DNA of 64,000 bases, from contig RDEW01000073.1 of NCBI GenBank assembly GCA_011109175.1, positions 107,604 through 171,603 of the forward strand, read 5' to 3'. The translations under genes and the position numbers were made by a program. The notes below the pieces were generated by a model. The model was given only the letters and a program-made list of their open reading frames with translations, did no database searches and had not been told where the DNA came from. Positions 37,184 through 49,790 of this stretch are shown here, piece by piece (position 1 is the stretch's first letter; every line of letters starts with the position of its first letter). The DNA is from Dicyema japonicum (Eukaryota > Animalia > Dicyemida).

Positions 37184-38951
37184 ATGAATACTCAAGTTAC
37201 TCGGCAAACCGAAGTGACATCAACTTTTGGTGTAACTGAACCAATTAGTACCCGGACATGTGGCTCTGAAGCCGTCAAATGTACTAGCCTGCTTGAAGAT
37301 TTTATTTCTCCCTTACTTGAGAGTCCAGAAGAACGAGATCATCGTGTCCAAGTCTTAAGCGATCTCAGCAACCTTTTTAAAATATGGGTCCGAGCTTTTT
37401 GTGGTGCTGAAGGAAACGTTTACACCTTCGGGTCATACAGGCTGGGAGTTCATAGTCGTGGTTCTGATGTGGATACCCTCTGTGTTGCTCCAATCAAAAG
37501 ACGAGACTTTTTCAAATCTTTTTCCCAACTTTTGGCTGAGCAGTTCAACGTTACTGACGTCCTTCCTATTGAAGACGCTTATGTTCCCCTTATTCGCTTG
37601 GAGTACGACGGTGTTCCTGTATATATGTGTGAAGATTTTAGATTGACCTTTTATTTTCCTCGGATAAGCCTGTGGACCCTAAATGTGTACTTTCAATGAA
37701 CGGGCTAAGAGTCACTGAGCAGATTCTTAAGGTGGTCCCCTCCGAAGTTTCCTTCAGGAAGACACTAACTGCTGTGAAGTTGTGGGCAAAGGCCAGAGCG
37801 TTGACCTCAAACTCCCTCGGATTTTTTGGTGGAGTCACGTGGGCAATTTTGGTTGCCCGAGTCTGTCAATTATACCCTAACGCTCTCCCGTCTACATTAA
37901 CCGCCAAATTCTACCTTATGTGCGTAAATTGGAAATGGCCTGACCCTGTGATGATAGTCCCTCGTGATGAGAACCCCCTTTGGGATCCACGTGTGAACCC
38001 AAGTGACAGGAATCATAAAATGCCTATACTTACCCCAGTCTCCCCCCAGATGAACACAACCCACAACGTGACCGAGTCCTCCAAGGCTATTTTGATGGAG
38101 GAGTTCAAAATGGGTTGTTTTCATTCTAATTGAAGCTCTGGAACTGACCTTTCGCATTACGAATGGAATCGAACATTGGAGTAGTTTTTTTACTCCCATG
38201 GGATTTTTTTCTAAGTACAGGAACTTTATTATGGTGGAGGCCAGTTCTGAGACTGCCACGAACCAGTTGATATGGTGAAATTGAGTGGTTATTCAAGGAA
38301 AGGGATCGTGGAGTCAAAGTTGAGACATTTGGTCCTTGATTTGGAAAGGAGACCCGCTTTCAAGACGATCCACACTTACAGCAACTCTTTTGGGGAAGCT
38401 AATCTGACGAGGTGGTTCATTGGATTGAAATTCCACGACAAAGGGAACCTTACAATCAACGCGGAGTATTCCCGATTTAGTGGATTGCTTTACTCCACCC
38501 CGAAGTATACATGTGATATGCAGTTGTCTCTCCACCACGTGAAACGGGACGATTTGGAGAAATATGTCCCTCGGAGTTTGTTGGATGACCACAGAGCCTA
38601 CGAGGCCGATTGGGTTGGCTTTGGGGTAGCATTTAGAACCGTATTTTCCGTGATAAGCCGTTCTACTCGAATAATATAATTAAATCAGCCGAGGAATGGC
38701 AGTCCCTGAATATAAAGAATGGTAGTTTGGGATGTTACGTAGATCCATATCATTGGGTTTCTCCTTCTTACATTAAAAAAATGAAGGAAAAGTCTCTTAT
38801 CCCTATGAAGGAGGGATTTGAAAATGAAAGTGGAGTCAATGGAGAGACTAGTCAGGAGGATGAGTCTTTGAAGAGGGGTAGTGAATCTCGGGAGACAAAA
38901 TCCAAGAGACCTTGTCCTGATAGCATAAGTGATCAGACTTGTACGAGTTAG
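37184..38951 (+). CDS. PAPOLA: Canonical poly(A) polymerase, 5 mini-introns
   Basis: FGVTEPIS, TFGSYRLGVH..GSDVDTLCVAP, EDAYVPLI, GFFGGVTWAILVARVCQLYP, W.WP.PV, MPILTP, GIVESKLR; introns of 21-23 nt restore one frame. The start codon is uncertain. Confidence 0.93.
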
Positions 38952-39249
38952 GCTGTTAATTGACACTATTGTTATCATTTTATTAATATTTATCCTCATT
39001 TTGCATTTATTAGTGTCATAAATTTAAAAAAAATTAATCTATTATTTCAGAGATAGAGACTAATTATAGTTAAGTATTTTATAAGCCGCTTATTTTCGTC
39101 ACAGAACCTAGACAATTTCGCTTCCACAGTGACAGGGTCATATTTACAAAAATAAAAGCAACAATTTACCTGTGGATGAGTGAAGCGTGTATAAAAACAT
39201 TCTTGATCCGAAGACATCAATTTTGATAAACTTCTTGTGATCGTCTGAT

Positions 39250-39860
39250 TGAATCTTTCATTTAAATCTTTAGGGGCAATAACTCTAACGGAGATACAAA
39301 CGGCTTTCCAAAAAATGACTAACGGAAAAAGTCCAGGTATTGAAAGTTAATCGGAGATCTTACTCACTTATCCATCAGTTATGCAACATACTAAAAGACG
39401 TTTTCATTACACACGTGAGTTCCATTTTGACAAGGAGTCCTAATTCCTATACAAAACCCGGGAAGTCAGTTGGACCAGTTGGAAATCAGACTCAATTCTT
39501 CTAACGACTATACAAAAACTAGTGTCGCTAATTGTTCTTGTTAGAATATCATCTACTGTAAACAAGTTCGTGTCAATGGGACAAAGTGGATTCAGAAGAG
39601 GAAAGTCCACAGCGGATATCGTGTGGAAACATATATGGGAGAGAGACATGATGCAAAGATTCAGTTTATATTCTGGGGATTAATTTATCGAGGCTTTTGA
39701 TACTGTTCGTAGAGGAAGGCTCATGCGACTATTAGAAACGTTGCTAGACGAAAACAGTTTAAAGATGATACGGGTTATACTTTCAAACACAGAATTGGAA
39801 GTCTGGGTTTGTTCAGAATGCTTTCGAAAATTTAAAACGAATATTTTGTCTCCTCAGGTG
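39250..39860 (+). mobile_element. Degraded RTE RT fragment
   Basis: GKSPG, QSGFRRGKSTADIVW and AFDTV motifs. Confidence 0.7.
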
Positions 39861-40159
39861 AGAAAGCGATTATCTAAGCGTCTCTATTGGGTCTGTTAGA
39901 CGAGAGGGTTGGACCCTCAAACTTCTTGTGAAGGATTTCATGATCAGCAAACTGTTTTTTGTCCGTCAGGTTATCGCCGGAGAAATTCTTGTCGGGATTG
40001 GAAAAATTCTGAGAGTTTTATACTTTCTGAGAGGTTTTTCTGTTTGAATAAGGTGCCGGTGAGTGTAGTTCTCCTTTTTTCTCTTGACGTTAGATGAGAT
40101 CAGCTTTCCAAGGCTAATTTTTTAATTTATTTTTATTAATAAATTTAATTTTAATTTTA

Positions 40160-42400
40160 TTAATTGATGATCCACTGCACGGCCTCTTTTTGTGGTTTCC
40201 ACATGTCCTGTGTCAAAATAACTAAAAGAGCCCTGACTGTTATTTCCTATTGGTATTGTCAGTCATGCCTTATACCAGAGAATGCGACATCCTCGACTCT
40301 ACGCTATCCCTCTGAACATGTTGCACTGGATCATCAGGAAGTCTCGAATGATTTCAAATCTGACACACATACAAAGACTCCTGATCAGGATTTCCAAAGT
40401 TGCCCGTGTATATGTCGCGGACTGCCTACGTGAGTGTATTGAAAGAACGGTCTCTTCGGACAGCTCTAATCGGGTACGATTATTTTTGCTTCGCTTTATT
40501 CACACTATGCACACCCAATGTTATGTTGTCCAATTAAGTCGTGTCCGACCCTTGGAGATCTCATGAACGAGTTTCCTCCACTCTCCCCGATCCGTTGCAA
40601 TTTAGAGTAGCATTGATATAGGCATTCCCGTGACGTCTTCCACCGTGGATAGCCACCGAGTCCTCGGTCGGCCAGGTCTTCTCTTCCCAGTAATATTGCT
40701 CAGCATAATGGTTCTTTCCAGGGAATCAGAGCGGACAACATGCCCAAAGAACGTCAATCTGTGTTTTACGATTCTTCCTTCTAGCGAAATGTCCGTCTCC
40801 ACCCGTTTGAGTACATCGATGTTTGTTATTTTGGAAGTCCAAGGGATTCTTAGTAACCTCCTCCAGCACCACAGTTCAAAAGCATCAATTTTTCGTCTAT
40901 CCGCCTTTTCAGTATCCATGATTCTGTTCCGTATAGAAAAACCGGGAACATGATTGCATTACCTAGTCTGCACATGGTCCTTAAGCAAATATCTTTGTTT
41001 TTCCAATTTCTATTCATTTTCTGGAAGGCCCATGGCAATTTACCTCTTGATTTCCATGCCTCCGTCACCATTCCGATTAATTAGACATCCCAGACAACAT
41101 TATCGCAGCTCTCTAATTTCTCATTCCCAATTTTTAGTTCCATTATTAGCAGTCGTCATAATTTAGCAATAAACCAAAGACGGCGCTCTCTTCTCTGAAT
41201 CTTAGAATCAACTCCCTGAGGTACATCCACACATTCTCCTCTTCCAAAACTATGAGAAGCAAACCTGATTGTCTCGGATACACAAAGATTATGAAGTGCA
41301 ATCCGTCGAAGCTTTCGGAAGGTTGAATCCGTGCTGCCGTAAGGATTCTTGCCGAATACGCAGAACTCGTTGAGCGATACCCAAGTCCTCCAAACGACCA
41401 GCGGATCCCACCTTGCCCTGGACAATTACCTAACTCCGGGGCACCTCAAAGATTTTATTGCTCAGTACACGGTCAACTCTGGCGTCTGGCTTGTGTAGGC
41501 TATAACAAAACTAATAAACAGGATGCTTTCAGGGACACTACCAGAAGCAATTCGATACGTCCTGTTCTCCGCAAAGTTAATAGCATTCGATAAAAGAGGA
41601 GGATCGTGTGGCTTGGTTTTCCGTCGGTTGGGCTCAAAGCTCTTATCTCTCCTGCGCTTGTAACAGCTACCACAACTCAAATAAGGGTCTGTACTCCCTG
41701 GTGCTGTGAAGTGGAAGTTCATGCTGTCCGCACATTCACTTAAAAAAACGAGAATATTTTTTATGTAATGTCTTGATATCAAAAATGTCTTCAACACGAT
41801 ACAGCGTGGAGGTTGTCTAAATATGGAAAACCTTCCAGCCTGGTCTACGGCCAATACTTCACTCCCTCATCCTTGGAATTCAACAAGGAGACCCATTGGG
41901 CCCCCTTGTTCAGCCTGGGAATTGTCTGTATCACGGGAATTTTTATTCTCCTCTGAAAGTGTGGTAGTAGATCAAACCAACATCGACGTACCTGCCTAGT
42001 CACTAGAAGATACGAATGGAGTGGCGCTTGGATGAATGCCCTTCCGGTCGGAAGCGTAATTACAATACTGTCCGCACTCGTATCTCTATCAGACTTAGAC
42101 TGAATATTTGCCAGAATCACAAATGCCGGTTCGTTGGTACTGTCGACTACTATGGATAGCATGCCCTTTCTTCGAAGAAGTGCAGGACGATTCCCAAGAC
42201 ATAAGGCGGTCAACGGAATTGTTAAACAAGCCTTGGAGCAAGCCTAGATACTCATCCGTGCTTGAACATGTTGGCTTGGACAGAGGAGACGGAAAACGGC
42301 CTGACAGATTGGATCCCTCGTGGAGGATAGCAAGTTATCTCTGACTCCTTCAATTCCCGCTTCTCGACTAATAAAGGCATATCCAAATTTCAATAAACTT
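40160..42400 (+). mobile_element. Degraded, internally deleted CRE-like element (PHD to RLE) interrupted by an RTE
   Basis: PHD CTASFCGFHMSC...WYCQSC, then QQGDPL.PL, GAWMNALP and DGKRPD motifs. Confidence 0.7.
40560..41165 (-). mobile_element. BovB/RTE-1-like 3' fragment (a family distinct from the other RTEs)
   Basis: FLYGTESW, KIDAFELWCWRRLLRIPWT, FFGHVVR and GKRRPGRPRTRW motifs. Confidence 0.88.
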
Positions 42401-42479
42401 TTTAAGGCATGAAGGGATGAATGTAAAAGATAGCCAGTCCGCAAAAATTCCGAAAAGCTCAGTGAGCGAAATCTGTATA

Positions 42480-43640
42480 CAGTCAAACCCCTCTAAACCG
42501 ATTCCTCTCAGGACCGACAGAATTGTCCGGTATAGAGGGGAGGTCCGGTATATTGAACAAGTCATTAAATTTACTTATAACGAAAAAGTGAAACAGTAGG
42601 ATTAATAGAATCTGTCATTAAGGATTGCCTCGTATTTAGCTTCGATTCAGCAATCGCTTTATTGTTCAGATAAATCAGTCTGTTGACGGGATCGAGTAAT
42701 GCAGGGTCTTGAGTGCAAGCAAGTGGCAGATTTGGTCTAGCATTTGTTGAACATTTGTGCGTGTTAATTTCTCTAAATGTTTTGGCTCTGTTTGCTTATC
42801 AGAATCTGAGTCACTGTCATCTTCAGAAGCTGAGACTGTTTGGTATTGCTCAAAGGGATGATTCCCAATCTTTGGGATTTTCAGTGGGTAGTTCCAAGTC
42901 TAAGTTGAAAACTTCTTCTGTCATTGGATTATCGACTAGTCTATTCATGAGGGGTATGAACAGTAAATTGTTTTCAGGATTGTCGTTTATATCATATATT
43001 TTGACTGGAATGCCACACTTATTAAAGCAGAGGGAGATTGTGTTTGATTTCACCTCCATCCAATCTGTGCTAATCCACCGGATAGCATCCAAGAGAGAAA
43101 TTTTTTTGCAAGTGGTGTCGCATTGGTTTCTGTGTCCATTCTGGCAAGAAGTTGAGTCATTAGTAGTCTTCTGTATCTTTCTTTAAATGACCGAATAATT
43201 CCTTGATCCAGAGGCTGTATGACACTCGTTGTGTTAGCTAAAAGAAATTTGAGTTCCACGTTGGAATATTTTACGTTTGGTGAATGTGATGCTGCATTAT
43301 CCAAAAACATAATAATTTTTCGTTTCTGGCGCATCATCTGCATGTTCACATCTTGCAACCATTTTGAAAACAATTTCGATCTCTTCCAGGCTGTAACATT
43401 GAGCAGTAAAAAGATAACTATTCAGATTAATATTCTTTAAACATTGGGGTTTTCGAGACTTGCCAATTACAATTGTGTCGGCTTAGGTGTTTGGTTCGAT
43501 TCATTTATTATTTGAATTTTCTTCTTTAAAGACAATTCCCAACGTAATCGTTTTCTTTGCGGAGCTATCATCTTTTAGTTTTTGATTTTCTGTCGAGTTG
43601 TTTGCAATATATATCTCTATCGTTGTTTGCAATTCAAGGT
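42480..43640 (-). mobile_element. pogo/Tigger remnant (DDE domain), one TIR retained
   Basis: FLDNAASH, NTTSVIQPLDQGIIRSFK; TA+CAGTCAAACCCCTC TIR at 42480. Confidence 0.85.
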
Positions 43641-43659
43641 TAAAGACGATTAATAGGAT

Positions 43660-44400
43660 TAGATCAAAGATTGATGTCAGAAGGCAGAAGGCCGGTTTAT
43701 GATAAAAGAAAATTCAAGTTGGGACCACAAATACGGCTGGTATTTGGAATAGAGGAGATCCGGTATATCGAAGATGAAATAGAAGTGATGGCCTATGAGG
43801 TGAATCGGGACCAGAAGTTTAGTCTGGTTTTAAAAGAATTCCGTTCCTACTTGAAAGATCCCGTTTATTTAGTCAGAGGTGATGTGCTTAATGGATTGAA
43901 TGCTGCGATAGCCAATTATACTGTGCACCCCTGCTCCCTGATGACCTTAACGGGATAACGGACATAATTTATGCAGGACAGCGGGCATACGATGACCTAA
44001 CATGGTGGATCTCAGCAGCAAGCTTGAGGAAAAAAAGTATAGGGAAGAAATTTCAGAGCTTCAAAATAACTTTCTCCTTCTCAGTACGTTTGGAGACCAA
44101 AAAACCAAGGAGGAGAAGATGATGGGCATCTTAACACCTTATGGATATAAGAAATCGAAAAGGGGAGCTTACGAGAGTTACTACTATAATCAAGAACAGG
44201 ATAAGGAAATTCGAGAAGAGACTCACAACTTATAAATCGAGGAGAGCATTCATAAGAGATAATTATGGGTTCAAATTAAACAGAAAGAGATTCTATCGAA
44301 GTCTTACCAGTGATGCTCAGCGTACTGTGTGTGAAGTTGATCTATTTGGGAAACGGTGAAAGTCAAAGATCTTTAAACGTTGTCGGAAAATGTACAACTG
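43660..44400 (+). mobile_element. R4-like pre-RT fragment
   Basis: FKLNRKRFYRSL-type motif typical upstream of RLE-element RTs. Confidence 0.45.
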
Positions 44401-44619
44401 GGGTGGGAAAGTCTCCAGTGAGTAATAATATGAAATGTACCCCAAAAAGTAAGTAAAGATAAGTTAAGTGAAATGGTTTTTTGTCGTAAAAATTTTTTGT
44501 CAATAGGCTAGGTACGGGTTCTTAGAAATTGTGTTTTAATTTTCGTTTTAACCTTTTTATTTATTTTCTAATTTAAACACGTGTCTACCACTAAGAAAAA
44601 TTTGGTCACGTGGTCAAGT

Positions 44620-45900
44620 AACAAATGTTAAAGTTTATATCGGAGGTCTCGTACTTGGTGACCTCGGAGACTGGAAACCAGCCATTAGAACATTAAATAA
44701 CAGAGGCCTCAAAATTGATTCCTGATGGACTCCTCTCTTCAAAAATATCATATTTGAAAAATAGTGTCCGAAGTTTCTTCCTTCTAGGTACACTTTCACT
44801 GGTTCCTTCGGGCTCCCCGTCCGAGATAACTGACCGATTATGGCTCCGTGGTTAACATCGTCAAATGCTTTTGAGATGTCGAGACATATGAAGAAACATT
44901 TGGATTATCTGACTTTGCAAAACTCGGAGCTGAGATAAAATAGGCAATCACCTCATGATCGTCCCGGACAAAACCCAAATAGTCCTTTCGGAAATAGTCC
45001 TTCCTCTGCAAGGATCATAGAAAGCATTTCCGTTCGACAGTGGGAACAATGGAGACGCACAGGCTTAGGATGGCACGTTTGGTTGCGGGAACTGGGATCA
45101 CCTAACTAGTTGACTTTACTTTGTCTTTCTTTCTCGGTGATCCCGGGGTTAATAAATGAATAAATCATAGTGTTTTTGTAATGAAATGTAATCATTCAGG
45201 TATACAGAGGATATTGACCGGGAAGCTAATCTCGAAGCCAGGAAGCGAAATTGTGAAGAGGTGGATCTTTTTGATTGCCGGTCAGGAATTGGACGTGGAT
45301 CTGTTAACACCACTAAAAGGAAGAAAGAGAACATTTAAGTAACCAATGGTGCCACGCGGATAGATGATCCGAATTCTTTGTTTCTCCGGAAATTATCATG
45401 GTTAACTTGAAGATTAGTTCTGATGAATGACATCTCTATCTGATAGCCTTCTGAAGACAAAATCGACATGACTCCACTTTTTTCTTCTCAAAAGCGGTCA
45501 GGTTGCTGGAGAAAAGCAACTGACAGATTGCATTTGGCAGACCTCCCAATAGAATCCGGTTCGTGAAAGAAGTGATAGAGGATATAAGACGAATACTCAG
45601 ATCTCCAACAGATTAGACGGTCGGGTCTTTTTCTATTCAAATCGCAACTGCTTCTGTAGCCAAATTCCAAATCGCCAAAAGTATTTCATCGTTAGAGGCA
45701 TCTGAATTGCTCAAAATCACTATCCCCCTAGAGGAGTTAACTTACAGTTCATCTACCTCCTGCAACCAGTTACACAGGCTGGTTAAGGCGGAGATATACT
45801 CATCAGACACCCTCCGTCCATAATATCCCGGATTTTCTTCAATGCAACTGATTGGATGTGAGTCTTCAACAAATAAATTCTTGGAGTGCTTGGAGACAAT
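44620..45900 (-). mobile_element. Degraded APE-RT element (I/Jockey/R1-like) with a solo Vingi 3' end inserted at 45085-45165
   Basis: CLDISKAFDDVNH and GVHQ.SIL.PLLF motifs at 44620-45085; decayed APE at 45400-45900. Confidence 0.6.
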
Positions 45901-46795
45901 TCAATTAAACCTGTGAACTAATCTTTACTTGGAAGTCGTAAAATAGTGAGTTCTCAAACAAAAGTGATTTTGTTAACAAAATAAAAGTTGATATAGGGTC
46001 CTTATTAAATTTTATTTTTTTAACAATTTTTGACAATAATAAATAACTCTTACCGTGGTTACGAGGGTAATGAATTAATATTCGATTAACTTGCTAAGAA
46101 GTGAGTTTTCGGTTCTATTGGGAGGGAAATGTCATTAATGAGAGTTTATAGGCTTTAATAGGAGATTTATTGTGACAACTTTTTTGTTAACAAAATATAA
46201 ATTAGTAAGTACCACTTGTTATTGATCTGGAGAGAATGCGCTCAATCATCGTGACTCTGCAAAAGGAGAAGCCATCTCATGGTGTACAAGTTAGGTATTT
46301 TTCACCCTTCGTGGGTAAGAGTGGGGTTTTTGTTCATTTTCAATGTAAGAATCCTCATCATTTACCTCAAGGTTGATAACAACTATCAAAGCTATGTGCT
46401 TGTTCAAGTACTTCATTACGATAAACTCTTTCAGAGACGCTTCCAAATCCTTTCGAGGCTTCCATGACACTGGGAGAATTATTCTTTTTCGTATCGAGGT
46501 GCATCAAAAAAAGAGTAAAAAAGTAAGAAATTAATAAACCATTTATCGAAATGGTAGCAGATTCCTTCTCAACTAAGAACTGAAGAGCCAAAGTAGTGAT
46601 CCTGCCGTTATCCACTGCTGAAATATTTTGCGGTGGACAACATCTTTAAACAACACAATCATTAATTCAACACAATACACTCTGATCTTAAACCCCACGG
46701 AGTATGACACGTGTTATAGTAATCCTCATATATTTATGTTAAATCCCAAATGCGTCATTTGCTCAACTAAAAAATTAATTCGCAACATTCTCAAA

Positions 46796-47856
46796 ATGAC
46801 AAAATTTGAACTAAATGTCCCTAACCGATCAACGTTGGTTTGTTTATCGGATTATGCGCGGTAAAATTGGTTTAAATACTAAAATAATCATAGAATAACG
46901 ATGAATGGCACTAATTTATACCATCTTGGAATAGATGCCTCACGAATTGACTTTGCCAAAGAATTCGGTGACGTCAAAGTATGGTCCCTCTAAGTGTAGT
47001 TTGTCTGTATTGGGGGAAGCTCTCTCAGAGCTAAAAACTTTGCTCAGCGACTAGCGAAAACATTCTATGACCGTGAAGATGATCTCCCAAATATTTCAGA
47101 AGCCACCGACCGATATGTGATGTATAAAACGGGGTCAATACTCGTTTTAAACGTGGGTTATTCAAAATTATAGATTCAGCATGGTATTGGGATGGCATCC
47201 CTCTCAGTTATGCTACTCGAGCTGTTCAAGTTACTAGAGTTCGCCCAATGCAAGGATCCCCTCATCATAAGGATCGGAACATGTGGAGGACTGGGGATCA
47301 ACCCCGGGACAGTAATCATTACTAATAAGGCATTTGACGGATATCTCCAAGACTACTTCGAGATGGTTTGCACTAAGCTGATCAAAGGCTGTTTTGGGGA
47401 AAAAAATTCAAGTTGTTCCCGAATTCGACTCTGAAGCAATTAATGAGCTGCTTGAATGCGGTGGAGTGGAAGATGACTTTGAAATATATGAAGGAGCCAC
47501 AATGGCAACGGATGACTTTTATTATGGTTGAATTGCTTAAGGATTTCAGCCCAAGGTAGGACAGACGGACCGTTGCAACTTTATACGAAGGAAGAAAGTG
47601 ACAAATTCTTGAAGTCCCTATCGGCTTACGGAATCAGAAACATTGAGATGGAGTCTTGTGCTTTAGGAGCTCTTTGTGGTTTAGCTAAAATTCGGAGTTT
47701 GTCAAAATATAATACTTAGACGTGGTTGTGTGCTCTTCGTTGGTGGACAGATACCAGGATTCTCAAATATACAAAAGTAAGGACGATTTGAGTAAATGCT
47801 ACGAAAATGGGTACACGGTTGTTATGAGATTCCTATCAAAGAGACTTAATCTATAA
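46796..47856 (+). CDS. UPP1: Uridine phosphorylase (eukaryotic UPP1/2 type), 5-6 mini-introns
   Basis: LYHLG, GDVKFVCIGGS, HGIG..SLSVML.ELFKLL, IRIGTCGGLG, DDFYYGQGR.DG, RNIEMES. The start may be 46796 (33-nt intron) or 46901. Confidence 0.92.
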
Positions 47857-47939
47857 TATTCATTTCCCAGTCATTTTGATAACAATTTGTTAGATTAGAT
47901 TATTATTTTAATATTTCCATAAATAATACTCAGCTACCC

Positions 47940-48125
47940 CCAGTTACCTGATGAGCTCATAAAGGTCTATATGTGGCAGTATTTGGAAAAGTTCAGTTCC
48001 CATATTCCTGAAGAACAGAAACACCCCCAAATCATGATACATCTCCCCATACTTTACAGTTGGTATTGCGCAATGTGTTTGTTATGTTTGCAGAGATACA
48101 CTCGTGTCTACCATGTTTAAATCTT
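47940..48125 (-). mobile_element. Tc1 transposase fragment
   Basis: TVKYG...IWGCF-like motif across a frameshift. Confidence 0.45.
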
Positions 48126-48131
48126 CATATA

Positions 48132-48350
48132 CAGTAAGACTCCTCCTAACCGCCAATTTTGGGAATTCGAAAAACTGACGGAATGATAAAGAAAAAATTG
48201 TTTTTTGATAACCAATCAAAGGTGTTGTTAACCTCAATTCCTTTCTTCAACGCTATTTAAATTTCGTTTAACCCCATCATTCAGTTTAAATCAAATAATT
48301 CAGGCTTTTTAAAATAATTTTTAATACTCAAAGAGCCCAATAACGTTCGT
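48132..48350. mobile_element. Solo pogo/Tigger-like terminus
   Basis: TA+CAGTAAGACTCCTCCTAACCG resembles the other Tigger TIRs; no partner end found. Confidence 0.5.
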
Positions 48351-48589
48351 AGTTACCACATTAATACTGTCTCCATGGGTTTCAGAAATTTCTAAAGCCT
48401 TAAGATTGTATCGGTGATTAGGGCCCCTCGTTTTCTAATCTATCAACTCTAGACTTAGAATTATTCTATGTCTTAGAACAGGCACACGTCAATTGTCAAT
48501 AAACTATTTTTCTTCTTCGTCTTGTCTCATTTGCTGTTAAGATATCAGGAATCTTTGCCCAAAGTTTACGGTCTATTCGCAAGATCTGC

Positions 48590-48710
48590 TCAATTATCCA
48601 AAAGGTCACCAAGGATCCACGTGAGACTGGATGGCTTCGAGGGCGTATCTTGATAGTTATCGTCAGAAGAAAAAGCATGGCCATTCAAGCTCCCTATCTT
48701 TTAATTTCTA
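48590..48710 (+). mobile_element. CRE-like extreme 3' end
   Basis: Matches 20530-20615 (ccaaggatcc.cg.gagactgg...gcatggccattca). Confidence 0.75.
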
Positions 48711-48734
48711 TTATTTTTTCAACTTTTTTTTGTC

Positions 48735-49200
48735 TGAGGTGGTGACGTCCCTCAACTACACAAGTGTGTCCAACACACCCTGGAGAAATCGTTCTTCGGA
48801 CATTCAATGTTAGAGAAATATCCTTTTTCTTTCAAAAACCCAATTGACCAAGGATCTCATCCGTTATGGACTCTCAGTATCTTGTCTCCAAAAGACTAAG
48901 CTAACCAGAGATCTGGACAAAGTAGTAGGAACAGATTAGTCTTCCATAAACCTGAGTGTTGACACTACGGACAAGGTTTTGCGGTCCATAGAAGATTTGC
49001 CAACTCTATCCAAAAGTGCTGGAGGTAAGTGACATGATATCGACATTGCAGTTAATGACCGGGAAAACACCTCTAACGGTTATTTACATATACGCACCAT
49101 GGCAAACGTCCTGAAGAAATTGAAAATTTTACTTGGTTCTCGCCGTGGTGATGGGGGATATATGTAGATCTAGAGGCAAACTTCATCTAGTGACAAAAGC
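48735..49200 (+). mobile_element. Internally deleted RTE derivative
   Basis: 5' motif GAGGTGGTGACG shared with the copy at ~10100; TFNVRE...CLQKTK fused to RT C-terminal remnants. Confidence 0.55.
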
Positions 49201-49339
49201 TGTCGTCTCTAGGTTAAACCGCACTTAATTTGCCCAAAAATGATAAATATTTATATAGAGTACCAGCATCAGCTCGTATACATGACAAAAAATTGATATT
49301 TCATCGCCAATACAAAAAATTTAATACTAAATATAAAAG

Positions 49340-49790
49340 GAACTACATTTTGAAAAACGAGGGTTCGATTATTTCATGAAAGAACACTTGAACAGTACTC
49401 AATGGGGGTGAACACCTTAAAAATGCCCCAAAAACATTTAGAGCAATCCGACTGCTAAATCGGAAGGAAGGCCCTAAAGGACTTATTCTAAATGACGACA
49501 AAGGCAAAAAAAGATGGCCGAAAATATAACTGACTGCTTTGAGTCTCTTTTCAAAAATGATGAGGAGATACATCAATTTGTCGGAGATAACTGATAAATT
49601 TTGCGTAGTGCTCCCAATGACCAGATATCTCCCACAATTTGCTTCTGAAAATGTTGGGGAGACAACCTCAAAAATATTGAAATAATTGTATTCAAATCTT
49701 TTCCATGTTACGTGTGTCATTTTATACACAATTGTGATTTCTGTATTTCAAGGCACTTTTGTCAAAAATAACTCACAACGTCGATTATTT
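49340..49790 (-). pseudogene. Old degraded duplicate of the ThrRS catalytic-domain region
   Basis: cccaatgaccagatatctccca.aatttgct.ct.aaaatgttgggga at ~49610-49660 matches 55058-55104; translates EVVSP...WEISGHWEHYAK. Confidence 0.72.
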
